Assembly (NCBI GenBank): GCA_003427395.1
Contig: BFEA01000013.1
Coordinates: 2,298,264-2,362,263 of the forward strand
Source of the DNA: Chara braunii
Lineage: Eukaryota; Plantae; Charophyceae
Reading direction: 5' to 3'
DNA length: 64,000 bases
Part shown: positions 37,401 to 49,900 of the stretch, piece after piece
Position numbering within the stretch: position 1 is the stretch's first letter
Layout of the letters: the number at the start of each line of letters is the position of its first letter
The notes under the pieces: generated by a model
The model's database searches: none
Told to the model about the DNA's origin: nothing
Seen by the model: only the letters and a program-made list of their open reading frames with translations
Program-made: the position numbers and the translations under genes

Positions 37401-40400
37401 ATGGCAGACGATGAACTTAATGAGGCCAATGGCGCGGGCCAGCGGTCGGTTACGTTGGGTCAGCTGGTTGCTCTGCTCGATGGGCGAGCGATGACGCGAT
37501 TCAATATCCCGAAGGTTCGGGAAGGTGTCGTAATGGCTTGAGTTGCTCGAGCAGATTACTGACAAAATGATAGAGGAGGAGAAATTTTGTCAAATCTCTA
37601 AGTTTGTCTGGTGGGACATGCGACTAGAAGTTATGCGGGTAGCGGCTGAGGCCGCATGCAATTGGGGGAATTTTAAGGCGGAAATGCAGAGGCGATATCA
37701 GTTGGGGGATGACCTCCTTACGACGGAGGACTTGGAAAGATTAGAGAGGTCGGATTTCACGACAGTGGGTGCCTTCGCGACGACGTTCGTAAAGATGGTC
37801 AGAAAGGTTCCAAGACTAGCAGAAGAATCCCAATGTGCCATCTTCTTAAGCAACTTTACAAAGTGAAAGAGTGTTTCCCTAACAAGAAGAGGAGTTATAG
37901 GGCGAAAACTGACATAGGAAACAGTGAAACAAAGCTTGGCTGATGGAGAACTAGACCAGATATACCAGTTTCAGATGAAATAACAACGACAGAAACGAAA
38001 GACTTGAGTGGTTACTGAAGGTGCAGGTATCAACCTTCAACAACTCATTGCGGATGGAATACCCAAGTACCAAACCGACCAACAGAAGGCGGTAGGGAAA
38101 CAGGTTTTGACAGTGACCCAGTCACTAGCAAAAGCTGCGAAGGAGGTGGTGGAGCAAGTGGATAATGATGACGATGATGGAGAGGAAGAACCGGCAAAAC
38201 TGACGAAGAGTCAGAGGAAGGCGAGGAACCAGGCCGCAGGTGGCCAAGGTACGGGGAAGTATGCAGGATTGCACGCTGCTGCGACGACCCAAGTGACCAT
38301 GAATCAAGCAGGTACGAGTGGGGCGCAACCACAAGGGCCAACGCCGCTTGGACCTTGGCCAGGGACCATTCCTCCTGTCTGGCCAGGAGATAGTCCATAT
38401 GGCCCATAACCGTTTTACAACCAAGTCGAGCCACCCGTAGGAGGGCCGACTGCGCATACTGCAGGAGGGTACCCTAGTGTGCCAACTTAAGGAGTAAACT
38501 GGCAGGAGGGGGTCAACAACGACACCCCCGTCTCAAGTGGACCAGCCCGGTCAAGTGACGGGTCAAGGGCGAGGACAAAGCCAAGGGGGTAACGGGAAGG
38601 CAGTCAGGGTAGAGGCGGTGGAGGCCATGGACGAGGTTACGACAATGGTGGACAAAATGGACAAGGGGATGGACGTGGAGGCAACTGGAACAGGCAAGGT
38701 GCAAATGACAGGCCAAGGTTTGATTGGAGCAATGCTATCTGCCATCATTGTGCGTTAAAAGGGCATACCTTCAAGTTTTGCCAGATTCGAAGGGTAGATG
38801 AGAGGAATGACCTTATCTCAACGACATGGACGGGGATACCTATGATAAATATGGAAAATATATTGACCCCAAGATTCCTGGGGGTGTGCGAGAGGAGGCA
38901 CTCTGTCGAGCCGAACAAGGTTCGCCACCACCGGCTATGTTTCGACTCTGGCAAGAGGATTCCGAAACAACAGATTCGCTTCTTGCTTCAAAAGTAGCCT
39001 TGAAAGTTTCGCCAAAAGTTTTTTGACTAAATAAAACAACACCCACAAAACTAAAAGTTACTAGAATTTCTTCATTATAAAGTAAAATTTGTTTTGAACT
39101 TAGCACACTGAATAGTAGGCCAATGATAAAGATGGAAGAATTGGCCAATAGCGAGTTGACTGAGGACACCGGGGAGGAAGAGCCAGTGGTGACAGAAGTA
39201 GAGGAAGAGGAGGAGCCATATTGTCAAGAAAGGGCAAGTGAGACCATGGAGCGAACGGAAGACCTCATGGAGAAAATGCAGAGATTTAACTTGAAAATGA
39301 GGACCATTTGCGAAGAAGTGGCGAAACCAATGGTTTTCCTAGCAGGCCCAGAGACGGGGTCATCAAGTGCTAAGCCGGCTTGTAAGACCTTGGGCTCAAC
39401 CCCGCGATCAGGCATTGCATTTCGGCAGCCTCGAGGACAGCCTATGATTTCACAAGCCGTGTGCAAAAGGAGTAAAAAGGGAGACCACAGTAGCAATCAG
39501 GAGCCTCCGAATGAAAATCAACCACGAGAGAAGGAACCAATGATTGACGTCGGAGGTGAAGGCAATGAGGATGAGGAAGATGAGCGGCTAAGGAAGGAAG
39601 AGGAAGAACAAGGTGCTCAACGTGCAAAGAAGAGAAAGCCGGAAGATAGGCCAGAGAGAGCGGCGAGAGGAAAAGGCTCGCGAAACAAAAGTATGCGGTG
39701 CCATTGGAGGATGGCGTGGACATTGAAGCCATGGTTGATAGGCTTCTGGAAGGACATAATGACCTGCATAATTTGAAGGATATTGTCGCATTCACGCCTA
39801 ATCTTAGGGAAGGATTCAAGACGCGACTCTCGCGTCGAAGGGTGGCAAGTGTAAGATTGGCAGATCTTATTCCTGCCTGAGGCTCACTGGGCGGTTCTTG
39901 GGACAAAGATGGATTGGAAATCGGTTGGGACCGGGAGTGTGAACTTGTGCATAAAGGGTAAGCCGTGTAGCAGGATGTTAGACACAGGAGCGAAGACGAA
40001 CATCGTCAAAGAATCTGACGCACTCCGCTTGGGAATGGACATCGATCAAATGGTCTCGGGCTTCCTCTGTGGGGCAAGCATGAAGACTCCTTTTATTGGA
40101 CGAGCTCGAATGTGGTGATTGAAATCGGAAAAGTGAAGGTGCGGTCTTGCTTCTTCGTTATGCCCGATTTGGACCATCCTCTTTTGTTGGGAAGGTCATT
40201 CCTCTATCGCACTGAATCTATGATACTTAACAAGCATGATGGTAGAATGTGCGTCATCCTAAGCGATCCAGTCTGCGGCAACTACAAGATCATTACCTGT
40301 CATAATACAGGACCACGTAGCATGCGGAGCAGGCCAAACCTAGGTTCCTTTACGTATGAGGAATCGGAAGGGGAGAGGAGGAGATTAATGGGCGAGGACG

Positions 40401-43400
40401 AAGAGGAGTGTGAGCCTACTAGGGAGATGTGTTTAAGCCTAACAAGCATCAATGACGCCATGGAGATAGTGTCGGCTTATGGGATGGCGGATCCTATTGT
40501 CGTGCAGGCTTTGAGAGAGAATAATGGAAGATTGCGGCGAGGGAGAAGTGGAACTCATATATCGATTGCAAACAAGGGCAGGTGAGCCAAGGGTATCTCT
40601 GAGTCGTGCTGCAAGTCAGCCTTTTTTAGGGGTGGGCTCAAGCAGGGCTCCAAAAGGCTGACTCGATGTGGACAAATTGCCTATCATTAGCATTCACACT
40701 GTGCCTTACGTACCATGGAACTTGCGATGGTCACGCTATCCTAATCCGGCAGAGGAATGGAGAGTAGTTGACTACCTGGATGACAAGATTCATTCTCATG
40801 TAGTCGACTATTCAAGTGGACCTTACACATTGCCATGGTTCTGTTTTATCAAGCCTAACGATACCTTGAGGTGGGTACAGGACCTTCAACGCCTGAGTGC
40901 AGTAACGATACAAGATGCGGGAGGTTTATCGAACGCAGATTTGCTATTTGAGTCATGTGTCGACAGACCTATCATTTCTTTAGTAGACCTGTATTCCGAA
41001 TCTTACGCAACCATACATTGATGATTTGGTTGTGAAAGGGAGAAGGAAGAAAGATGAGATGGAGGTCATGCACAAGGAAAGGAAATTCGTCTGGAGCCAT
41101 ATACAAGATATTGCTTGGGTTCTAGACATTTTGAAGGATCATAACCTTACCGCAAGCGGACTAAAGTCGAGACATTGTATGTGGGAGGCGACCATATTAG
41201 GCTTCGTGTGTAATGAGATCGGTCGTCGACCTGACGTCAAGAAGACTAACAAGATACTCGAATGACCGGCCCCGGTCGAATCAGTTAGTGAAATTCGTAG
41301 CTTCCTGGGGACTTGTGGCTTTTGGCGAGTCTTCATCAAGAACTTCGCTGAAAAGACTGAGCAGTTAAGGAAGCTTGTGCGGAAGGATCGGGAATGAGAA
41401 TGGGATGAGAAGCAGGAAGGAGTGGTGAGTGGCTTGAAAAAGGAATTCAGAGAAGGAGGTCTGGTGTTGGGAGTCCTTGACTTTGAAGCGACGCCGATAC
41501 ATCCTTTCAAAGTGGAGACCGATGCAGGGCCTACAGTCTTAGGTAGCGGAGAGACCTTGAAGGTCGAAAGTCGAACCTTGAATGGCACAGAGAGGAACTA
41601 CTCACAATTTAAGCGAAAGACACTCACAGTTCTTCACAGTCTAAGGGTGTTCCACAACTACCTTTTTGGAAGGAGGTTTGTGCTGAGAGTGGATCCAACA
41701 GCATTGGTCGGCTCATTAAAGAATTATGCCCCATCAGACCCAACTATTGCCAGGTGGCTCACCTACGTATGGATGTTTGACTTTGAGTTGGAGCGCATAC
41801 CTGGGAATAAGAATTGGGCTGACAGGTTTAGTCGGATCAATTGGGATAAGTCCAGCAAAGGAGCTAACGAGGGTATACCTCCGGTGGACGCATTCTTGGA
41901 TGAGGAGGAGGATATGAAGCTCCATATCAACGTGCATGCAGTTGGGGTCAGCGGAGTCATTATACAAGGACAATTTGTTTTTCTTGCTCCTGTTGGGTAC
42001 GTAAAGCGTGCGGATATAGTCCTTAAGGACTTTGAGGAGGAGGATCCTTGGGGAGGAAAGGACGTTGAATGGATGGCCAAGCTTGCATTGGCAGAGACCT
42101 TCCGAGTAAGTGAAGATCCATTGGCCATTGAGAGTGGAGCTTACTCACTCGACATGCACACGAAGTATGTGGCGGATGTTATTTTCCTCGTCAACTCGAT
42201 CGTCCAAAGGCATGAGGATGGAGAAGGGAGTCGAGACCCTGTTAGAGATATGGAAGAGGACGAGTTCGAGGAAGGAGAGATAACGGAGGCTTTTCGCGCA
42301 GATGAGTACGAAGGCGTATACCATGAATTGGGCTTGCTTCTTTCGTGTGAGATAAGAGAAAGAGAAGCAACCAAGAAGGTACTCGAGATGCGACCACGTT
42401 TTTTGGTCCGGGATGAACACCTTTTCATCAAAAATGAGGTTGGCAGCCTGAATAGGGTAATCTGCGATCGAAATCGTCAGATAGACGTTATAGTCGCACT
42501 TCATGACAGGCGTGCAAATGGTCACAGAGCGTTTGCCATGATATATGCGAAAGCGCCTGAGCTTTATTACTGGGAAGGAATGAGCGAAATGATTCGCAAG
42601 TATTGCGAGTTGTGTGTTCCATGTCAAATTAGGGCGTCGACTATGTACAAGGAGCCATTGCACCCACTGATTGTACGTGATGCAGGGGTAGTAGTCCATC
42701 TGGACCTATTGGCAATGCCTCAGGGAGTGGGCGACTACAACTACATCTTCGACGCACGGGATAATCTTACGGGGTTTGTCGATGGACGAGCCATTCGCAG
42801 TAAGATGAACGAAACATTGGTTTGTGCATCTCCGAGTATTTTTCAATATATCCTTTCGTAGTAGAATTTGTGATGGACAGAGGGTCGGAATTCACCTGTG
42901 GAGAAGTTAGAACCTTGTTGGCGGAGTATGGCGTACAAGCGTGTTACACGACTAGGGCACATCCGCAGGCGAACGCCCCAGTTGAGAGAGTGCATACCAC
43001 CATCACGAATCTACTGGCGAAATGGGCAAACGGCAAGGAGAATCAGTGGCCTAAGCATTTGCGCACAACATTCTTTGTGGAAAATAGTACCATTAAGAGA
43101 TCCACGAAGCAGGGGCCAACAACGCTATGGTATGGGAGGTATGCCACACTCCGGATAGAGAGCTTTCTGAAGACGTGGAGGAGGCAGGATATGGAGAGCA
43201 TCTGTCCTTCGAGGAATTGCTGGATTTGCGGGCCAGACAAGTTGGCATAGCAGAAGAGAGGATCCAGGAAGCGGCTGGTCGAGTAACAGAAAGTCGGTTG
43301 AGGGACAAGGAGAGGTGGGATCCCCTCCCATGAATCAGGAAGGAGCCATTGAAAGTCGGAGATGTGGTGTTACTATATGACTCCTCTCTAGAAAAACATT

Positions 43401-43552
43401 GGTCTCGTAAGTTGGACAAGTGATGGTTAGGCCCATATCGCATTGGACGGTGCGGGCAGCACGAAGCGTATGAGATTGAGGACCTTAACGACACGCCGTG
43501 GAGAGATTGGGTCTCGGGTTCGAAACTGGAAAAGTTCAGACCGCGAGACTAA
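37401..43552 (+). pseudogene. gag-pol: gag-pol of element 3 (many stops and frameshifts; RT core partly deleted; no chromodomain)
   Basis: Capsid-like 37401-37990; CCHC CHHCALKGHTFKFC ~38740-38782; PR MLDTGAK ~39975; RT WFCFIKP..LRWVQDLQRL, LVDLYS, YIDD at ~41014; RH VETDAG; INT H-H-CC, MDRGSEF, NAPVERVH, WLGPY. Confidence 0.92.
38960..39133 (-). pseudogene. atp4: Mitochondrial atp4 (orf25/ymf39) N-terminal fragment (NUMT) inserted in element 3
   Basis: AT-rich insert translating [58 protein letters not shown], recognisable as streptophyte mitochondrial ATP synthase subunit b. Confidence 0.85.
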
Positions 43553-43844
43553 GGTAAAAGATCGGAAAAAGCGCAACAAGTAGAAATAGTATCTGATTCC
43601 TCATCTTATTAGGTGGTACTCTGCATTAGTGATAGGATAGGATTGTGTGTTAGTATTTAGATAGGTTTTAGTACGAGTTGTAGTTTGTTAGTCAAGTCAG
43701 TCGTCTGAGGGTATGAGAGATCTGCTTGAGTCGAGGCATTCCTGATCCTCTCCTGTGCTTACTTTTGTTTCCTTTATCGTTCGTCCTTCTTATTTGTGCA
43801 GGGTTGGCTTTTCGGAGTTGGCCACTATTTGGAGGGGCGGGAGG

Positions 43845-46276
43845 ATGGCGGGACAGGAGGGTGAGCGACTAGCCACGTCTTCGATATTGGGCCCTTTTCG
43901 TTACGGGGGTGGACATGTATTTCCATCTCTGGACGGATTAGTTAGGCAAGTTTGGGTCCTTGGGTTAGATTTCGCTCAGATGACAAAGAGGGTTAGAGGT
44001 ACTGGCAGCTATGAGGAGCGTGTGGCTCAGGTCGTGAGGGAGTCATCGGATTGGAGGCAGTTCGCCAGGCGGATGCTGAGATTGCGGCCTCAACGCATTG
44101 ATCGACAGGGTAGGCCCATGCGGTTTGATGGGGCTAACCTGGATGACTTCCTTAAGGTTTTCATCATTTTGGGGGATGGGCAGAGATGTACTAAGGCACA
44201 GAGGGTTAGGCAAGTTCGACATTGGGTTGTCCCGGAGCATAGACGTGAGGTGAGTACCCTGTCACACACAACGCAGACTTGGGCGGAGCTCATAGCGACG
44301 CTTGGAGGGGCGTTCAATGCTGGCAGACGATGCAGGCTCCACAAAGTGGTTGGGGATTACATCCTGAGGCTCAGGATACGCCCACAAGCACAGCTAGAGA
44401 GGTATGAGGTCGATGAGAGGCGATCGCGAGAAAGGCGGAGAGAGAGTGAGCAACCAGAGATCCCATGCATGCCTAGGTCAGGCAGGCGCCAAGGAAGTCA
44501 GGATAGAGAGGATGATCTAGAGGAGAGATCAAGCATTGACTGTTGATATTGGGACGACCCTCCCGACAGATGATGTGGGGGAGGAGGCCTTACCAGTAGG
44601 GTCTCAGAGACGAGGTGAAGTACATCTCTTACGAGGAGTTTCTTTCATATGTCAAGGACTCATCTATCCTTGAGATTCGGGCATTGCTAGTACCAGAGGC
44701 ATGTCAGGGTGAGACGGGAATTAGAGGTTGTGATCCTAGAGGTGCGCCTGAGGCAGATGGGACTACTCCGCCTACACTCAGACAGGATGGGGAGGAGGCT
44801 TCCCTACAGCTTGTGTTAATGACTGCTTCGGCCCAGCCTACTGAGATTGATACCATGGAGAGAGTGGTTTTCGATACTGCATCAGAGGATAGGAGGGATA
44901 GGCCTTATCAGTGGAGAGACACGCGGGACGTGGCATTAGATCTCCCACAAGGGGAGCTACAACTTATGATAGGGCCTGCCACCATAGTGTCGATGCAAGA
45001 GCACGAGGGGCCTCAGCCTGAGCAGGCGCGAGAGACAACGCCAATGCATGGTGAGCCAGGTTATGATGAGCAGGAGGACCAACCTCAATCATGGTGAGAG
45101 AGGTGAGATGAGACCTTTATCATTGGAAAGGTTGTCATTGTTGCGCGAGAGTCGATCGGTTGAGCAGCCAATTGAGCCTGAGGGTTCAGTGATTGCCCAA
45201 CTATATGATATGGAGTCTCCTAGGAGGCAGATGCGACAAGAGGTATCCCAACCTATATTGACAAAGCAGGTTGAGGCCGAGGTTCTGTGGCTAGACAGGG
45301 AGGATCCTATGGAGGGCATACAAACCCAGCAAGTGGGATCATCCCCTTTGGATTTTGGAGATACTCCACGACGGGATGGTGATCGGGGTGAGGCCAGTAC
45401 GAGGGGCCACGTTGAGGTAGTTCGGAGCGTACCCAGGATGCATCCATGACTCAGAGCAGGAGAGCTCGCCTGATTCTCGGGGGCTGATAGATCACGAGCC
45501 TGTTAGGAGGGGTGCGTGGCTGGCCGAGGAGATGGGATGGATGCATCATTACATTTTTCGGGATGGGTGGCTTTTGAGCGACTGGGTTATCGAATCATTC
45601 AATTCGATGGGATCTTCGGTCGATTGATTGATGATTGGTTGATCGATGGATTGATCGATTGATTGATCGATTGATTGATCTTCCCAACTATGGCCGCGAG
45701 TCCGAACTTGCCGGAGGGTTAGACCACTGGAGGGCTGAGGGTACTATATGATGATCGGACCATGGAGAGGGCCTACGTTGGTAGCAGCCTCGCAGCAGCT
45801 CTAGAGGCGATAGAGCAGGTTAGAGATTACACGAGGAGAGTTGTTATCCGATCCTTTGAGCTGAGTCGCGACAAGCAAACAAAGCAGGATGCGCTGAGAG
45901 AGGCGGTGAGTGACCTCCGTATGGTTATAGAGGGAAGGGAGGCTCAGACTTTAGAGGCAGCCGAGGCGGTCCTCAGGATTCAGGAGAGAGAGGCGAGTGG
46001 TTGGCAAGCCCAGGTTCAGAGGGTACTCGAGGAGTATGAGCCACCTGCAGACGCAAACAGATAGCGATAAGCTCGAGCGCAGGGTTGTCCTTGAGACCGT
46101 GCGGTCATCTCAGTTGGAGAGCCAGGTGCCGACTCTTGTCATATTACAACGAGAGACCGAGGAGCAGACACAAAGGCTCTTCTATGCGGATGCGGCCAGA
46201 GGAGGGGCTTCATGCGAGATTGTTATCTGAGGCCTCAGTGCGAGAGTTGGCAGGAGTGATGGAGTATGTATATTGA
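43845..46276 (+). pseudogene. Extra 3' ORF of element 3 (env position): capsid-like N-terminus, acidic disordered middle, coiled-coil-like C-terminus; disrupted
   Basis: Polypyrimidine tract and TGCAG acceptor at 43801; ATG at 43845 in AGGATGG context; ORF pieces 43755-44546, 44615-45097, 45048-45449, 45762-46064 and 45997-46230. Confidence 0.65.
45620..45680. repeat. Degenerate (GATT/GATC)n simple repeat
   Basis: Direct reading. Confidence 0.8.
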
Positions 46277-47958
46277 GAGTTTTTTTACTTCAGATCTCAG
46301 GATGCAAGCCATGTACTATATGTAGTTGGTGATTAGATCTGACTCGTGTTTTTGTTGACTGTACGTACATGATAGGCTGCTAGCTTTAGTAGGTTGGCTT
46401 GAGTAGGGGTTTCAGAGATTGCGGGTCCAGTTTTGGGCGAGTTTTGTGTGAGTTTTGTGTGAGTTTTGTGTAGGTCTTTTTGTGAGATTGGTGTGTGTTT
46501 GGTGTGAGTGTACGTATGATATGACTTTTCAAGGTAGGACATGGAGTTAGCGAGTGCCTTTGAGAGTTACGTTGTTTCGTTTAGGGGCGCTGCTCCAATT
46601 TTTTTTCGGATAATGATACCCATATTCGATTCTTCATGATTGATTTTAAGGCCTCACTGTGTATGCCCTATTGTTGGGATTGATTCAGACATATGAGTCT
46701 CGTGGGGAAACAGGGAGCCATGGAATATTCTCACAGTGTGAACTTGTGTTCACTACCCTTGCATCTGTGATGTTTGTAATTTGTTGGTTGTGAATAAGTT
46801 GTTTGATTGTTGAACAAATTGTTACTGACCTTGATTGCATATGAATCAGTGTATGAAAGTCAGTGAAAATTATTCGATAAAGATGCATGGAAAAAGCCTG
46901 GATCGAAAAGGCAGCCTAAATGTTTGATGGGAAGGGGGCCCGCTTGAGGAGCCGCCTGATTATCAATGTGAGTCGAAAATGAAAATTTATGATTATAACT
47001 TGTTTCATTAAGGTAAATAAAACTTTGATTTTTGCAGAAAATTGTCAGTGAAAAGCGGTTCGTATAATGAGAGGTTTCTTCGAAAGAGAAACTTGTTTGT
47101 GAGGCTCTAGGGTCGGCGGTCGTGTTTGCCATGATCAAGCAGAAAGACTGCAAGCATTAAAAGCTGGCTCAAGAGTAATTTGGGAGGCCTTAGCCGGGGG
47201 CTAAATAGGCATCGTTGGGGCAATCCCCAATGTGGGTTGCTGTCCCCCCTAACCAGGACAACGGACCCCTAGCTTAAGGACAAAGGGTTGATCTGCACCA
47301 TTATCCATGGCTCATAATATATATCGGATTATTATGGTTACTATTTCTATTACTTTCATCATATGGAAGGGCTAAATTAAGCCAAGTATCGGGTCCCTCC
47401 AAAGGCTCTAATTAAGGTGACTGCTAGGGGGTACTTAGGTCCAAGAGTCAGAGAATCGCCTTAGCAATATGCAAGAAATGTAGGCAACATCGTGGCTTAA
47501 CGGCACGATGAACCTTGGTTTGGGCCGATCATCCAAACTATGGTGGGCTGAGGGCAGGACTATAACCCACCTGTGATTAGACACAAGGCCGGGTTGAGTT
47601 TTGATTTAATTGCATGGAGTGAGCTTTGTGCATCACTATGTCTGTCGCAAGTTGAGCTGCACAAGGAGGTGTGCTTTTATATGGTAGGCCACTCAGGAGG
47701 GTATGCTACTCATTTCGATTGCAGAATGAGTTACCCAGAGAAGTATATTTTGGTTTTGCCTAAGCTACTCTAAAGGGGTGGGCTACCTATGTTTGTTGTG
47801 TGCTGCAGTTTATTCCACTCAGGGCAATTGTCTTGCCTTAAAACCCGCGCCCAAAGATGACGGTTTTTTGATAGCCCGATTCAGACAGAACCCAACGGAA
47901 GTCGGAAGGCGTCTAGGACAAACGGAAGGGGCTGGTATTTGAACATTGAAGCTAACCT

Positions 47959-48028
47959 AGGGCGGTAGTATAAAGAAAGTATCCCTGTGAGTCAGGCAGG
48001 AGGTGCAGGTTGGACTCCTGCTCGCCAA
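47959..48028 (+). ncRNA. tRNA-Asp(GTC)-like cloverleaf in the 3' UTR of element 3 (mimic or relic, not a functional tRNA gene)
   Basis: Acceptor GGCGG/TCGCC; D arm GTAT..GTAT; anticodon stem CCTGT/GCAGG with 7-nt loop GA-GTC-AG; variable AGGT; T stem GCAGG/CCTGC with loop TTGGACT. U33, the D-loop GG and C56 are lost. Confidence 0.7.
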
Positions 48029-49139
48029 AGGGACGTCACATAACTAAAATACCAAACCCCAAGCCGAGTCCTTCCGATTATATGGATTTGGTTATCCATC
48101 TGCTCAGTCTATGCATTCACCTTTGTTCACGTTCACACATTATAACCTTTACCAAAGCGACGAGGACGTCGCTTAACGGGGTCTGGGAGGACTGTCATAG
48201 CAAACGCCCTTACAAGGGTATTTGCCGACCTTTTAAAAGGTCACACTGGGAGCGTCCTTGATCAACGTAAACGCGTCGATAGGGCAAATCTCGTCAGGGC
48301 GCTCACCTTGGCATCCTCGCTACTGACAAAAGTCCGAGCCAAAATGCAAACGAATTAGAGAGTGTGTGGAGCACGCATTATTGTGTTGCGCTGTGAGGTG
48401 GTCGTTTAGTTATCGGTTGTACCAGGACGGTGGAAGGTGTCAAAGGCCATAGGGTCCGATTACCTTTGCTATAGTTTTCAATTTGGTTATATATATTTTT
48501 TATTTCATAAAGACTAACCTCACTCCACGAACCTGCTCTGCCTATAGCGGGACACGCTACAACATGATAAAAACTTTACCTTGCCTATATGCGGGAGGTT
48601 TATGATTGGACGACACATCGAAAGGCGCGGCGTTGGCTGACCTAGTATGGGGGAAAGTTTGGAAGTTCGACAAAGTATGTCGTGCGCCCGACGACCTGGA
48701 TACTAGGTGACCACAAACCTAGGCGTGGGGGGCGTCTTCCGACGGCCAGAAGATTGGCCGGTAGGCCAAGGCGGAGGCCTGGTTTGCGCACGTAGGACCA
48801 ATCACGGTTTCGCGACTATTCATACGCAGGTTCACACTGACCTATCTTAGCCCTTCGACCTGGTTCTAATGGTTACGGTACTGGACTTTCAAGCAATAGG
48901 TTTGGGGTTCGAGGTCAGCAAGCAGCGATGGAGCAAAGAAGCGCGATCGGTGGAGACTGAGGGGTCGAGGGTCTTAAGGGACTATCCCCTTTGGTTTTTG
49001 TGAGACAGGCCCAAACCTGGGTTCGACTGACAAGACCAAGAGGGTGTCGGCAGGTCCTCGTCCTCTTCAATCCCAGTATTTTTATTTTGTTGATTTATTT
49101 ATTATTTCTTATTCATCTGCATTTTCTCGTCGGTTGACC

Positions 49140-49900
49140 AGGCTGGAAACTGGATCTGGGACCGACGTGAAAGAAGTACCGTGAGGGCGGATGAAAACAA
49201 CTTCTGGAAGGGAGTTGAAGAGTGCTAGGAAATTTATGAAGCGAGAAGTGGACATGGGAGAGTCGTGTATCCACATTTTGGCGAAGGTACACTGCGGCTG
49301 CGTCACCACCATCTTGATTGGACGTGGGGTGCCTGCCAGCACGGGCTATTATGACCGACATTGTGGTAGGAGCGATTGAAACCCCCCCCGCGGGTGGCCA
49401 TGTCACGAAAGTCGAGGACCTTATTGAGCGGGCCCATTCGGGTTCCCGCATGTGCGAGATGCTGACGGAATTCCTCTAACCTACCCATCATGAAACACAA
49501 ACTAACGGGGCTAACGTGCATGTATGCCGGTGGGTGTAGGGTCTATGAGGCTAAAGAGACCTACAGATGCACTGTTCACCAGCCACGATCTACTGTCGGA
49601 AGACTTGAGTGTGAGCCTGCCCATTGGCACCCGCAAGGTGGTGAACTATGTTGGGTAAGGCACGGCCAGAGGAAGCTTCTGGTAGAAGCGCGCAGTGTTA
49701 CTGATGTGCAAATCGCAGACAGGCTTGACTGCAGGGGCGGACAGCTAATGGAACCGCATAGTAGGTGATCCCCTTTGGAGTTTCCCCTCGGCAATACGAA
49801 CGTGCAAAACGTTCGTCGGGCCTAGGTATAGGGTCGAGAGGTCAGTCGAACCAAGCCAGTAGTTGGTTCCCTTCGGAGTTGGCTCAGGGCAGCCAGAGCT
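49140..49900 (+). pseudogene. LSU rRNA-derived segment within the 3' LTR
   Basis: AAGTACCGTGAGGG..GATGAAAA..ACTT..GGGAGTTGAAGAGTGCT, plus the same downstream landmarks as 29820-30596. Confidence 0.85.
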
